64,000 bases of DNA from contig CAYGZQ010000006.1 of the NCBI GenBank assembly GCA_964354375.1, positions 42,109 through 106,108 on the forward strand, read 5' to 3'. Made by a program: the position numbers and the translations under genes. This DNA is from an uncultured Planctomycetota bacterium (GTDB lineage Bacteria > JAJVIF01 > JAPKYR01). The notes beneath the pieces were generated by a model, which made no database searches, had not been told where the DNA came from, and saw only the letters and a list, made by a program, of their open reading frames with translations. This document shows positions 9,988-19,312 of the stretch, in pieces. The stretch's first letter is position 1. Every line of letters begins with the position of its first letter.

Positions 9988-10258
9988 TGGCGGCTCCTCG
10001 CCCCGGTCCGGATGTTACCGGACCCGTTCAAAGACCAGCACACAAAGCCTAGACCGCAAGACCTGACGGTCTGCGGTCCCGCAGTCACCAAATCCTGAAA
10101 ACCTGGTCTTCAGACCATGAAGAAAGATCAGAACGCGTATCCCAGCGGCTGAGATATCGCGCTGTTCTTACATGGCCTTCTCCTCTGCGCGAAAAGAGCC
10201 GAACTGCCCCCCCTTATGTGAGAGAAGTATATCACAAGGTTTAGCGCAATGCATTCCG

Positions 10259-10753
10259 TCAAAGGGTTTCCGCAGTCAACACGATCTGACAATCAGGACT
10301 AGAGGCGCTCTGGGGCCACGGGATCGTGAGAAGGACCTGCCACAGGGCATCGTCCCTGTTGACGGGGTTCGGATCGGTGTCAATCACCGTGGCGACGGAT
10401 TCGTCAACAACCGCGCCGTTGACGGAGAGGGTCCAGTTGGTGTCGTCCCAATCGTCTGCGGTCTGTCCACCGCCCGTGTCATCTGCGATCTGCGCCCTCA
10501 CGACCCACCCCACGTTGGATATCAGGTCGTAGTTCACATCGCCGATATCCTGTGCGACGCCGAAATCGGAATACTGGTCGAACGTGAAGGATAAAGGGCC
10601 GACGTTGTTGACGGTGAAAAGCTGGACGGGACCGAGGATAATTCCCAGGGCAGTACCTTCCGACGGGCTCGCCTCCGCGGGCATTGCAGGTAAGAGGAGG
10701 ACTGAGATGAAAAAGAGCAGCTTGCGCGTGGCAAGCCTCCTTTTCCGGGCCAT
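10259..10753 (-). CDS. Secreted pilin-like subunit, paralog 3 (start is either the SD-less ATG at 10753 or the SD-linked ACG at 10729)
   Basis: Near-identical to the 10829 gene (ASPSEGTALGIIL, NNVGPL.FTFDQYSDFG, LLTIPWP, PDC). Confidence 0.7.
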   Translation of the reverse strand: MARKRRLATRKLLFFISVLLLPAMPAEASPSEGTALGIILGPVQLFTVNNVGPLSFTFDQYSDFGVAQDIGDVNYDLISNVGWVVRAQIADDTGGGQTADDWDDTNWTLSVNGAVVDESVATVIDTDPNPVNRDDALWQVLLTIPWPQSASSPDCQIVLTAETL

Positions 10754-10828
10754 AGGAGAACAATGATGTAGTGTAACAGCCGGGAGGTTGTGATGCAAGG
10801 GCCACGCGAGCGGCTGGAAAGCGCCTCG

Positions 10829-11299
10829 TCAGACTGTGGAAGCGGTCAGCCGTATCCGACAATCGGGGTTGGATGAGCCTTCGGGCCATGGGATCGTGAG
10901 GAGGACCTCCCACACGGCGTCGTTCCTGTTGACGGGGTTCGGATCGGTGTCGATCACCGCGGCGAGGGACTCGTCAACGACCACGCCGTTGACGGAGACG
11001 GTCCAGTTGGGGTCGTCCCAGTCACCGGCGGTTTGCCCCCCTGCCGTGAAGTCCCTGATCTGCGCCGTCACCTGCCAGCCTACGTTGGAAATCAGGTCGT
11101 AGTTGACATCGCCGATATCCTGTACGACGCCGAAATCGGAATACTGGTCGAACGTAAAGGTCAGAGGACCGACGTTGTTGACGGTGAAGAGTTGGACGGG
11201 AGCGAGGATGATCCCCAGGGCAGTGCCTTCCGACGGGCTCGCCTCCGCGGGCGCTGCAGACAACAGGAAGACTAAAAGGGAAAAGAGTAACTTGCGCAC
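10829..11299 (-). CDS. Secreted pilin-like subunit, paralog 2
   Basis: AGGAGG-6nt-GTG start (MRKLLFSLL), signal peptide AEA; paralog of the flanking genes. Confidence 0.7.
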   Translation of the reverse strand: MRKLLFSLLVFLLSAAPAEASPSEGTALGIILAPVQLFTVNNVGPLTFTFDQYSDFGVVQDIGDVNYDLISNVGWQVTAQIRDFTAGGQTAGDWDDPNWTVSVNGVVVDESLAAVIDTDPNPVNRNDAVWEVLLTIPWPEGSSNPDCRIRLTASTV

Positions 11300-11385
11300 G
11301 GCAAGCCTCCTTTTTCTTTCCGGCACACAGAATCTTGCGGCAGAAATAACCGCGGGGCGGTGCCCAAATCAAGGGCCGCGCCTTA

Positions 11386-11850
11386 TCAGACTTCGGAAGC
11401 GGTCATCTCAATGGTGCAGTCAGGCGTGGAGTTGGACTCGGGCCATGGGATGGTCAGGAGGACCTGCCACATAGAGTTGACCCGGTGAACTGCAGCGCCA
11501 CCGCTGTCGATGACGTCCGCCGCGACCTCATCAAGAGTGACCGCATTGACCGAGAGCGTCCAGCCGACGCCGTTCCAATCGGCGGCGGTCTGACCGTTCT
11601 GAGTGCCGTCCAGTATAATGGCTACAACCTGCCAGGCCTGGTTAACGGACAGGGTGTAGTCCACGTCCCCGATGTCCTGGGCGACACCGAAGTCCGAATA
11701 CTGGTCGTACGTGAAGGTAAGCGGTCCGGCGTTGTTGGCTGTAAACTCGACGATCGTCTGGATCGTGATCTCGACATCGACCGTTTCCTGTGCCATAGCA
11801 GGGACTGCCAGGAGGAGGAAGGCCGCAACACAGATAAAGAGCTTTCTCAT
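11386..11850 (-). CDS. Secreted pilin-like subunit, paralog 1 (candidate major subunit)
   Basis: GAGGTG SD, ATG start (MRKLFIC), signal peptide AMA; first gene of the operon; N-terminal alternating strand ETVDVEITIQ. Confidence 0.7.
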   Translation of the reverse strand: MRKLFICVAAFLLLAVPAMAQETVDVEITIQTIVEFTANNAGPLTFTYDQYSDFGVAQDIGDVDYTLSVNQAWQVVAIILDGTQNGQTAADWNGVGWTLSVNAVTLDEVAADVIDSGGAAVHRVNSMWQVLLTIPWPESNSTPDCTIEMTASEV

Positions 11851-12023
11851 GTTTTTCACCTCAGACAGGTGGTCCTAACCCGTCACATATACTATCCCGC
11901 GAGTATGCCTAGTTTTGTCAAAATGATTTGATCAAGGAAGGGATTTTCGGAGAGCGAGAAAACGAGCCAATACCGATCCCTGCACATGGGAGTCGCCCCT
12001 GGCGCCCGAGCCTGCTTGCATTC

Positions 12024-12998
12024 CTATTCCTTCTTATCTATCTCGCCCTCGATGTCGTAGTTCAGCGCAGTCACCATCTGCCTGATCGGATCGTAGTCGG
12101 TGTCCTGGGCGGGCACAAGCTCCTCGATCTCGTAGATGCCGTACAGGGGGCTGTCCTTGCCCTTCTTGCTGATTTCGATCAACGCCTGGACCAGCCTATC
12201 GTAGAACGGACCCTCGAGACCCGCTCGAAAGCTCACAGTATCGGCCGGGATGTCCGGCGTATAGGCGACCACCCTTGTTTCCTCCATGACCCTGGGCTCG
12301 GTCTCGAGCAGAGTGGTGCGCGCGTCGTCGAAACACGCGCCCGCGTCCAGCCGTCCGTTCAGAACCGCCTCGATTACTGCGGGATGGCTGCCCACGAACG
12401 TGTATTCCTTAAGATCTTCCTCCGGATCGATCCCGCTCGACATCAGCAGGGTTTTCGGATACAGATACCCGGAAGCCGACGATGCATCCACGAAACACAT
12501 CGTTTTGCCCCGAAGGTCCTCAAGGGTCTCGATCCCGCTGTCGGCGCGGGTGATTATTTCTCCCCGATAAGTCGCTGATCCCCTTCGCACCGCCTTGAGC
12601 ACCACGCGGACATCGTAACGGTCGTTCGCCAGCACGTAGGCCAGGGCCGGCAGAAACGCGGCTTCGAGGCGCTCGGCTCCCATCTGCTCCACGCAGGCGG
12701 TGTAGCTGAGCACCACAATTGATTCGACCGGATGCCCGATCAGCTCGCTTAGCTCATTGTTGAACTCGTCGAGCTGGGTGGCGATCTTGCCGGACTCGAC
12801 GGACGGCACAAACGCGATCCGCACGGGACCTTCCGGCGCACCCGCGGGCACTGGGTTCTCCGTCTGAACGGCGGGTTTGGTGTCATCCTTTGTTCCTCCG
12901 GACGAGGGGCATCCGGTCATCAGGAAAGTGAAGAAGGCAAGACAGATGACCAGCCAACAAGTCGGCAGCGTTGATTTTCGATTGAAGATGTCATGCAT
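12024..12998 (-). CDS. phnD: Phosphate/phosphite/phosphonate ABC transporter substrate-binding lipoprotein (PhnD family)
   Basis: Lipobox MTGC; FVDASSASGYLYP, GSHPAVIEAVLNGRLDAGA, TPDIPAD. Confidence 0.8.
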   Translation of the reverse strand: MHDIFNRKSTLPTCWLVICLAFFTFLMTGCPSSGGTKDDTKPAVQTENPVPAGAPEGPVRIAFVPSVESGKIATQLDEFNNELSELIGHPVESIVVLSYTACVEQMGAERLEAAFLPALAYVLANDRYDVRVVLKAVRRGSATYRGEIITRADSGIETLEDLRGKTMCFVDASSASGYLYPKTLLMSSGIDPEEDLKEYTFVGSHPAVIEAVLNGRLDAGACFDDARTTLLETEPRVMEETRVVAYTPDIPADTVSFRAGLEGPFYDRLVQALIEISKKGKDSPLYGIYEIEELVPAQDTDYDPIRQMVTALNYDIEGEIDKKE

Positions 12999-13093
12999 CG
13001 CGTGTCCCCTTTCGCGCATTCCCAAGGGTTATGACTATACTGCACCGGGGGGCATTGCGCCACAGCGGGTGAATGGCCCGGGGGAAAGTGTAT

Positions 13094-13264
13094 GCCCCCC
13101 TGTAGTCCCCCCCAAGTCAAGAGCCCCCCTGTGGTCCCCCCCAAGGGGGGGACGGTTAATATATGAACTTCCCGTCAGACCTGCAATTGATGCGGATCCC
13201 GGCACACCCCATCCTCCCCTTGGGGGGGATCATAGGGGGGCCCTGGGGGGAATCACGGGAGGGC
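13094..13264. repeat. C/G-tract REP-like cluster (CCCCCCTGTAGTCCCCCC…GGGGGGAC and inverted copies)
   Basis: Direct and inverted poly-C/poly-G units between divergent genes. Confidence 0.5.
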
Positions 13265-13348
13265 GATATTTGTCCAAAGAGGACTCATTTCAGGCCCATC
13301 TACGGTTGTGACGGGCACCCATCTGCAGTTGTGACGGCCAACCGTCAC

Positions 13349-13378
13349 TTGCAAACAGAGCCGTTCGCCGGATAGTAT
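13349..13378 (+). promoter_or_regulatory. sigma70-like promoter TTGCAA-18-TAGTAT upstream of the rimK-like gene
   Basis: Near-consensus hexamers; the -10 ends 7 nt before the TTG start. Confidence 0.45.
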
Positions 13379-13385
13379 TCTCCCG

Positions 13386-14285
13386 TTGAGCAAGGCCAAA
13401 CCCTATCTGCTTCTTCTCACCGCCCGATCGACCGGATGGGCCGCAGGGCGTTTCCGCCGTGCCGCAAAAGATCGGGGAATCGCGATTCGCACGCTCGATC
13501 CAACCGACGTTCTGCTCGAGGCCGGGAGCGACGCGGGGTCGGTCATGATTGCGGGGCGACGGCTGAGCAATCCGATCGCCGTGATTCCCCGGTTCGGACC
13601 GGGCAACTACGAAAACGGCCTGGCACTTCTTTCTCAACTTGAGGCGAGCGGAATCCCCACGAGCAATCCCGGCTACGCCATCGCGCTCGCCCGCGACACC
13701 TACCGCACGCTGCTCGAGCTGAGGAACGCCGGGCTTCGAATTCCGAAAACGGCGCGGGTTCTGTCGATCAGGGACCTGAAGCCGGCGCGCCGGATTGTGC
13801 CGGGGCCGCCGTGGATTCTCAAGACCTTCACCGGCGCGATGGGAATCGGGACCATGCTCGTGCGCGATGTGGATCAGCTCGAAGCGCTCGCCGCAACGCT
13901 GTGGGCGCTCGGGCAGCCGATCCTCATGCAGGAGTATGTCTATTCTTCGTCGGGGAAATCGGATGACATCCGCGCCCTTGTCATCGGCGGAAAGGTCCTC
14001 GGGGCGATCCAGAGACTGGCCCCGTCGGGCGGCTACAGGGCCAATGTGCATCAGGGCGGGACACCCCAGGAGATCAGGCTCTCGAGGCGGGAGAAGACGA
14101 TCGCGCTGAAAGCTGCGGTAGCGGTCGGACTCAGCATCGCGGGAGTGGACTGGATCGAGACAGTGAACGGGCCGGTGCTTCTCGAGGTGAATGCGACTCC
14201 GGGCTTCCAGGGTTTCGAATCCGCGACGGGAATCGACGCCGCGGGCGCTATGGTAGACTATTCTCTGAGGCTGGCGGGTCGCTGA
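13386..14285 (+). CDS. rimK: RimK-family ATP-grasp alpha-L-glutamate ligase
   Basis: VIPRFG, GAMGIG, DIRALVIGGKV, YRANVHQGG, AGVD, LEVNATPGFQGFE. Confidence 0.8.
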   Translation: MSKAKPYLLLLTARSTGWAAGRFRRAAKDRGIAIRTLDPTDVLLEAGSDAGSVMIAGRRLSNPIAVIPRFGPGNYENGLALLSQLEASGIPTSNPGYAIALARDTYRTLLELRNAGLRIPKTARVLSIRDLKPARRIVPGPPWILKTFTGAMGIGTMLVRDVDQLEALAATLWALGQPILMQEYVYSSSGKSDDIRALVIGGKVLGAIQRLAPSGGYRANVHQGGTPQEIRLSRREKTIALKAAVAVGLSIAGVDWIETVNGPVLLEVNATPGFQGFESATGIDAAGAMVDYSLRLAGR

Positions 14286-14343
14286 TGTCGGTGACCCGTC
14301 CCGCCCGGGCAGTGCCATGGAATCCCTCATCGGGGAGGACCGA

Positions 14344-14919
14344 ATGCAATCAAAAACCTGTCTGAAAGTAGTCCTGGTCGGATGCATCATGCTCGCCGTG
14401 CTCGGCATTCTTGTTGCGGCAGGCTGCCTGTGGTGCGGCTTCAACCTGTTCGGAGGGCTCTTCCGGACTCTGGCGAGCACAGCCAAGATCAAGACCTACT
14501 TCACAGGCCTTGAATCCCAGGGCTGGGAGGTCGACGATTCCGAGTCGAGGCAACCCGAGGGCTACGGGGCGGAAGTGGAGATCGGCGACATAATGATCTG
14601 GCGCGCTCGCGAGAAGCCCGAGGACGAATGGACCTACTACGTGTGGGAAGCCGCCATACCTGAGGTTGAGAAGGCCGACGAGGATGTCACGAAACTTCTG
14701 GACTTCATGCTCCTCCCTCGAACCCAGGCGGCTCTGGACGTGCATCACGAACTCAAGCTTCCACTCCCCGAGAATTTCGAGCTCCGCGAATGGAAGCCGG
14801 TATCAGACAAGTACGACGGGTCGGACGAGAACTCGGGGCTGAACAAGAAGAACAAGAAGCTCAAGGAGAAAGGCGAGGGGGACGATTCGGAAACAACGCC
14901 CGTACAGGGCGAAGCATGA
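14344..14919 (+). CDS. Hypothetical membrane-anchored protein
   Basis: GGGGAGG SD; N-terminal hydrophobic/Cys-rich anchor (GCIMLAVLGILVAAGC). Confidence 0.6.
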   Translation: MQSKTCLKVVLVGCIMLAVLGILVAAGCLWCGFNLFGGLFRTLASTAKIKTYFTGLESQGWEVDDSESRQPEGYGAEVEIGDIMIWRAREKPEDEWTYYVWEAAIPEVEKADEDVTKLLDFMLLPRTQAALDVHHELKLPLPENFELREWKPVSDKYDGSDENSGLNKKNKKLKEKGEGDDSETTPVQGEA

Positions 14920-14939
14920 GGCTACGGGACGACCAGGAA

Positions 14940-15695
14940 CTAGTAGCGCCACTCGGTCGGGCGGCGTTGAACCACATACGCCCCGTCGAGAGTTTTCCAG
15001 CGCCAATCGACGTCCAGCAGGCCAGTGAATCCAAGCGCCTGGGCGAGCGCGTACGAAAGATCGATTCCTCCCCGGTTGGTCCTCCTGCCCCTCGCATCTA
15101 TGCCGGACTCGGCGTCTGGACGGGAATAGTCCTCCCAGTACGGATCCTCGGTGCACCAGGGTCCCACATCCGCTACATATGCCTCCAGAACGGGACCGTC
15201 TTTCCCTGAGGGTTTGATCTCAATCACCCTGAAAAGGCCTTCGCCCTCTTCGCCATCGATGATCCATCCATACAGCTCTCCGAGGCTGGGACCCTCTCCG
15301 GGCCAGTATTCGAACGGAAGAGTGGCCGGATCACCAGCGTCGATGCCGCTCTGAAGAAGCTCATCCAGCTCAGGCTTGGCTTCATCGCACCTCGACATTC
15401 TGCACGCCATCAGACCTCCCAGGCAGTCCAGGCCATCGGTTCTTGACGGAAGCGCACAGAAGAAGTCCTTACCGGGGTAGAGCTTGTTCCCGTAGGCGCC
15501 CCACATGAACTCATGACCGTCGCCGTAATGGCCGGCCACGACCTGCTCGTTCCACGGGAGCCCATCGCTAAGGGGGGAATTCGCTGCGGTCGCGGTTCCC
15601 TGGGCCTTGGTGTCATGCTGAAACGGCACCATGAATGCCAGGGTTAAAAGGGCACAAACAGACACAATCAGATGCGATTTAAGGCGCCGGTTCAC
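14940..15695 (-). CDS. Secreted protein with an RlpA-like double-psi beta-barrel (possible lytic transglycosylase)
   Basis: Signal peptide; FCALPS, VADVGPW…DPYW, TNRGGIDLSYALAQALG. Confidence 0.5.
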   Translation of the reverse strand: MNRRLKSHLIVSVCALLTLAFMVPFQHDTKAQGTATAANSPLSDGLPWNEQVVAGHYGDGHEFMWGAYGNKLYPGKDFFCALPSRTDGLDCLGGLMACRMSRCDEAKPELDELLQSGIDAGDPATLPFEYWPGEGPSLGELYGWIIDGEEGEGLFRVIEIKPSGKDGPVLEAYVADVGPWCTEDPYWEDYSRPDAESGIDARGRRTNRGGIDLSYALAQALGFTGLLDVDWRWKTLDGAYVVQRRPTEWRY

Positions 15696-15812
15696 AGGTA
15701 ACCGCCATGTCGCAACGGCATAGAAAGGATAGATATTATAGTGGCAAATGACGAGCAGGTCATGTCAAGCTGAAGGTCTGCTTGAGTGCGAATAGCCTCG
15801 CAAGGTGTCAAC

Positions 15813-17108
15813 ATGTCACAAGGGAGTCGTAGTGCACGACCCATAAACCCAGATCCCCGCGCGTCGCGAGAGGGTCCGAGGGAGCTGTCGGGAATCGACC
15901 GCATCGCAGAAGCGTGTGATCGACTGAACGGCGGTTTGAGCGGCGAAGCTCTGAAGACCGAGACTCGAAGAATCCAGGAGATCGCCTCCAACCTCCACTC
16001 TCTCGCCTATCGCACACGGCTGCTGGCGCAAAAGGCTCTAAGGCTGGTCGATTCCGATCTGCCGCTTGAAACCCTTCAGAATGTCCTGACCGACGCGATC
16101 AGTCTTCTGGGTGCCAGGCGGGGGCAGATATTGATACGCGTCGAGGAATCCGAGACGTTCGACAGGCTTCCGTCGATAGGTTCCCAGACCGAGCCCGACG
16201 AGATGGAAGGCCTGTTCATCGACGCGGTGGCCAGAAGAGCGTACGAAACCAACCAGCCGGTCCTTTATCCCGACCCGAACGATTTCCCTGAGCTGGAGTC
16301 CCTTCCAGATCTCGATCGCTTTGCCGATGCAGGCGTTCTTGCGGTGCCCTTATCGACCGAAACGGACGGAAGGCACGAGAGAATCGGGGTACTGTATCTC
16401 GAGACACCTCCCGAGAAGGGAGCCATCCCGGAGACCGACATCTGGATCGTGCAGTTCCTGGGTTCCCTGACAGCCCTTTCGATCCGGAACATACGGCTGA
16501 CCGCCGCTCTCAGGATGGCGTACCAGGAGACCGTACACGCGCTGGTAAAAGCACTCGAAGCGAAGGACCCATATACGCGCGGTCACTCCGAGCGAGTCGC
16601 CGAATACTCCGAGCGGTGCGGCAAACGTTTCGAGCTCGGGCAGGCCCGGCTCAAGACTGTCTACTCCGCCGCGCTCCTGCACGACATCGGCAAGATCGGA
16701 ATACGCGAGAGTGTCCTCAACAAGCCGTCGAAACTCACACCGGACGAATACGACCACATCAAGAAGCACCCGTTGATCTCCGAGGCGATCCTGCACGGTC
16801 TCACGTTCCTCACGGAGGAAAACGAGATCCTCAAGCAGCACCATGAGCGATACGACGGCAAGGGGTATCCTTACGGGCTGAAGGGCGACGAGATCAGCCT
16901 CGAAGGCGCCATCATCCAGGTCGCCGACGCATGGGACGCGATGACATCCCGGCGCGTATACCGCAAGGAGCTCGACCTGAAGATAGCGCTGGAGGAACTC
17001 AGGGAACACTCCGGCTCCCAGTTCAGCCCGAGGGTTGTGGAGATGTTCGTGCGGATGGTCCGGGAGGACGGGCTTGTGGCGGTCGAGGAAATCGACGGGG
17101 AGCAGTAG
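15813..17108 (+). CDS. GAF + HD-GYP cyclic-dinucleotide phosphodiesterase
   Basis: KDPYTRGHSERV, LLHDIGKIG, HHERYDGKGYPYG; GAF-like LAVPL…IGVLYL. Confidence 0.9.
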   Translation: MSQGSRSARPINPDPRASREGPRELSGIDRIAEACDRLNGGLSGEALKTETRRIQEIASNLHSLAYRTRLLAQKALRLVDSDLPLETLQNVLTDAISLLGARRGQILIRVEESETFDRLPSIGSQTEPDEMEGLFIDAVARRAYETNQPVLYPDPNDFPELESLPDLDRFADAGVLAVPLSTETDGRHERIGVLYLETPPEKGAIPETDIWIVQFLGSLTALSIRNIRLTAALRMAYQETVHALVKALEAKDPYTRGHSERVAEYSERCGKRFELGQARLKTVYSAALLHDIGKIGIRESVLNKPSKLTPDEYDHIKKHPLISEAILHGLTFLTEENEILKQHHERYDGKGYPYGLKGDEISLEGAIIQVADAWDAMTSRRVYRKELDLKIALEELREHSGSQFSPRVVEMFVRMVREDGLVAVEEIDGEQ

Positions 17109-17239
17109 AAGTCGCCGGACGAATCGCAAACGGGCTCCTCACATGCATTCCCCTTAAGCCTGTTTAAATCCTGCCCAAGTGTTTCTCAGAAACTAATGTT
17201 GACGGGAACCGGGCTCCTGTGAGCGCGGGAGGAGACAAC

Positions 17240-19255
17240 ATGCACGATTTTTCCAGAACCTGCGGACCGGTCCTGATGATGAGCCTGGCACTAATCCTGG
17301 GGTGCGGAGAAGGAACGCAGGAACCGACGGTCACGCCGCTGGAGTCCGGTCGCGAGTTTCAGACTCCCCGGATCGCAGCCGATACCGCCACAAGCATAAG
17401 GCAATGGGGGACATGGATTCTTCACTGCGAGGAAGCGACCGACAAGACTCCTGCGTCGGTGAAAGCGATTCCCCTTCGCTCGGGAGAAATCCATGTGAAT
17501 GTCACGGGCATGCTGCTCCCCCCGACCTGTGTGAACTGCATGGATGTCTCGCTGATGGGAGTGATCGGACTGGACTGGACCATCTACGTCAGCCTGACCA
17601 ACCCAACCGTACAGACGGCGTACGATGTAACGGGGATTTTTCCGGGTTCGGACGGACCTACTATTCTTGAGCCCGACAGCTACACCGACATGTGCGACAT
17701 GGACGGGGACTCCTCGACGCACAATCCATTCATCAGGTTCGAGACCGGCGATCCGGGCGAGGAATGGGGTCCGGGGGAAACGCACGGGCAGACGCTGACT
17801 TTCCGGCGCTATCCCGGCGAGAAATTCACCGACCTGGTTTATGTCGTGACGGCAAGCTGGCCCTCAAACCAGGGGGAGATCGTTGAGCTCAGGAACCCGC
17901 TGGCGACCGGCCCGCTATACACCGATGCGTCCAAGCCCGCCAACCTTACCGTCGAGGTCCCTGACTGGCAGAACGACATCGAGTATGTGTTGATAGACCT
18001 CGAACCCGTCAATGGAAGTGCGTTCACGCACATGGAACCGTCCGGCAACGGCACGTACCAGGTTTACAGCTACGCCGCATACGGGCTCTCACCGGGAAGC
18101 GTCGATCTGCTCATGGCGGCGAAGAGCTTCGGGTCGGACTACATCACGTACAACTACCTCACCGTCGAGATAATGGATCCGCTGCCGCCTCCCACGTATT
18201 TTCAGCTCCTGAGCGGTCCGACAGCCCTGACCGGAGACGGCACGCCGTACGGGGAACTCGACCTGGCTATGATCGGCAAACCCGGCGGCTCCTCCACTAC
18301 CCTCGTGTACGCTTCCCCGACCGAGATCTACGCCTGGGACGAGGACTACTCCGAATCCGGCTTGTTCGCGACATTGATCGACACCACGGGCGGCGATCCC
18401 GACTTCCCGATCGACCCGATCTCCAGAATCGCAGCACCCGTACCCGCGCTTCCCGAGAGTCCCGACACCTATTCGTTTCTGCAGACGAATCTCGACACGG
18501 CGGTCTTCGATGACACTACGGATCCGCCGATCCTGTTTGAAAATACCCTCAGGATTCTGGATCTTGAGAACCTGCAGGTCGTCGACTTCAGGCTGATCGC
18601 GGACAAAGAGGATACCCCCGAGGTCGATGCGATACTAAGACCGGCGGATGTCTCGGGCGGGGTGAAGGGCGACAAGCGCGGATACGCGATATGGGTCCCC
18701 GACGACGGCGCTTATCAGGGGTATTATCCCTTTGTCGCTCTTGTCATGTATGAGGCGCCGTACAAGGATGCATCGCAGGAGTTCGACACACTGATCGGGG
18801 GCGTGCCGAAAGGCACCGGAGCGGGCATGCTGAATCCGGAGGATGTCGACGGTCTTGCCGTGTGGGACGGGGGAAGCTCCGGGGAAATCATGGCGATCGT
18901 AAGTGAAGGGGGAAGCTCGAACGAGGTCGAGATTTTTTCGGGGAACTACCTGACGAATCCGGGCGGCGAGCTTACGTCGGTGGCAACCCTGGGGGGTTTT
19001 TCGGGGACGCCGCTCGACGTGGCGGTGCTGCCGGTCGGCGACGCAGGTAAAGAGGATGAGAATTGGATTTGCATCCTTACGGACGCCCAGACGATCGAGG
19101 TGTACTCGTTCACCGGCGATTTCATCGAGTCGATCTACGATCTCGACGCGGTCCAGGGAGAGCCGAGACACATCGACACCGATACCGTGAACATGCGCAT
19201 TCATCTGATGATGGACGGCCCGCTGGCGGCGGTGTTCGAGTACACCGGGATGTGA
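17240..19255 (+). CDS. Divergent member of the conserved lipoprotein family with an unknown acidic C-terminal region
   Basis: GGAGGAG SD; lipobox LILGC; WGTW, IPLRSGEIHVNVT..L.PPTCVNC, AYDVTGIF, VTASWP. Confidence 0.65.
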   Translation: MHDFSRTCGPVLMMSLALILGCGEGTQEPTVTPLESGREFQTPRIAADTATSIRQWGTWILHCEEATDKTPASVKAIPLRSGEIHVNVTGMLLPPTCVNCMDVSLMGVIGLDWTIYVSLTNPTVQTAYDVTGIFPGSDGPTILEPDSYTDMCDMDGDSSTHNPFIRFETGDPGEEWGPGETHGQTLTFRRYPGEKFTDLVYVVTASWPSNQGEIVELRNPLATGPLYTDASKPANLTVEVPDWQNDIEYVLIDLEPVNGSAFTHMEPSGNGTYQVYSYAAYGLSPGSVDLLMAAKSFGSDYITYNYLTVEIMDPLPPPTYFQLLSGPTALTGDGTPYGELDLAMIGKPGGSSTTLVYASPTEIYAWDEDYSESGLFATLIDTTGGDPDFPIDPISRIAAPVPALPESPDTYSFLQTNLDTAVFDDTTDPPILFENTLRILDLENLQVVDFRLIADKEDTPEVDAILRPADVSGGVKGDKRGYAIWVPDDGAYQGYYPFVALVMYEAPYKDASQEFDTLIGGVPKGTGAGMLNPEDVDGLAVWDGGSSGEIMAIVSEGGSSNEVEIFSGNYLTNPGGELTSVATLGGFSGTPLDVAVLPVGDAGKEDENWICILTDAQTIEVYSFTGDFIESIYDLDAVQGEPRHIDTDTVNMRIHLMMDGPLAAVFEYTGM

Positions 19256-19281
19256 AATCTCCGGCATCCTAAGGGAAAAGC

Positions 19282-19309
19282 GAACCTTTGCCGGTAGAGA
19301 ATAGTCTGT
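19282..19309 (+). promoter_or_regulatory. Candidate sigmaE-type promoter GAACCT-16-GTCTGT
   Basis: Resembles the promoter upstream of rpoE (shared AAC(C)TTTGCCG…AATnGTC). Confidence 0.45.
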
Positions 19310-19312
19310 AAA

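Noticed and set aside
15735-15768. TTGACA…TATAAT promoter on the minus strand as one unit
   Set aside because: The spacer is 22 nt, too long. The -10 may be real, but the pairing is unsupported.
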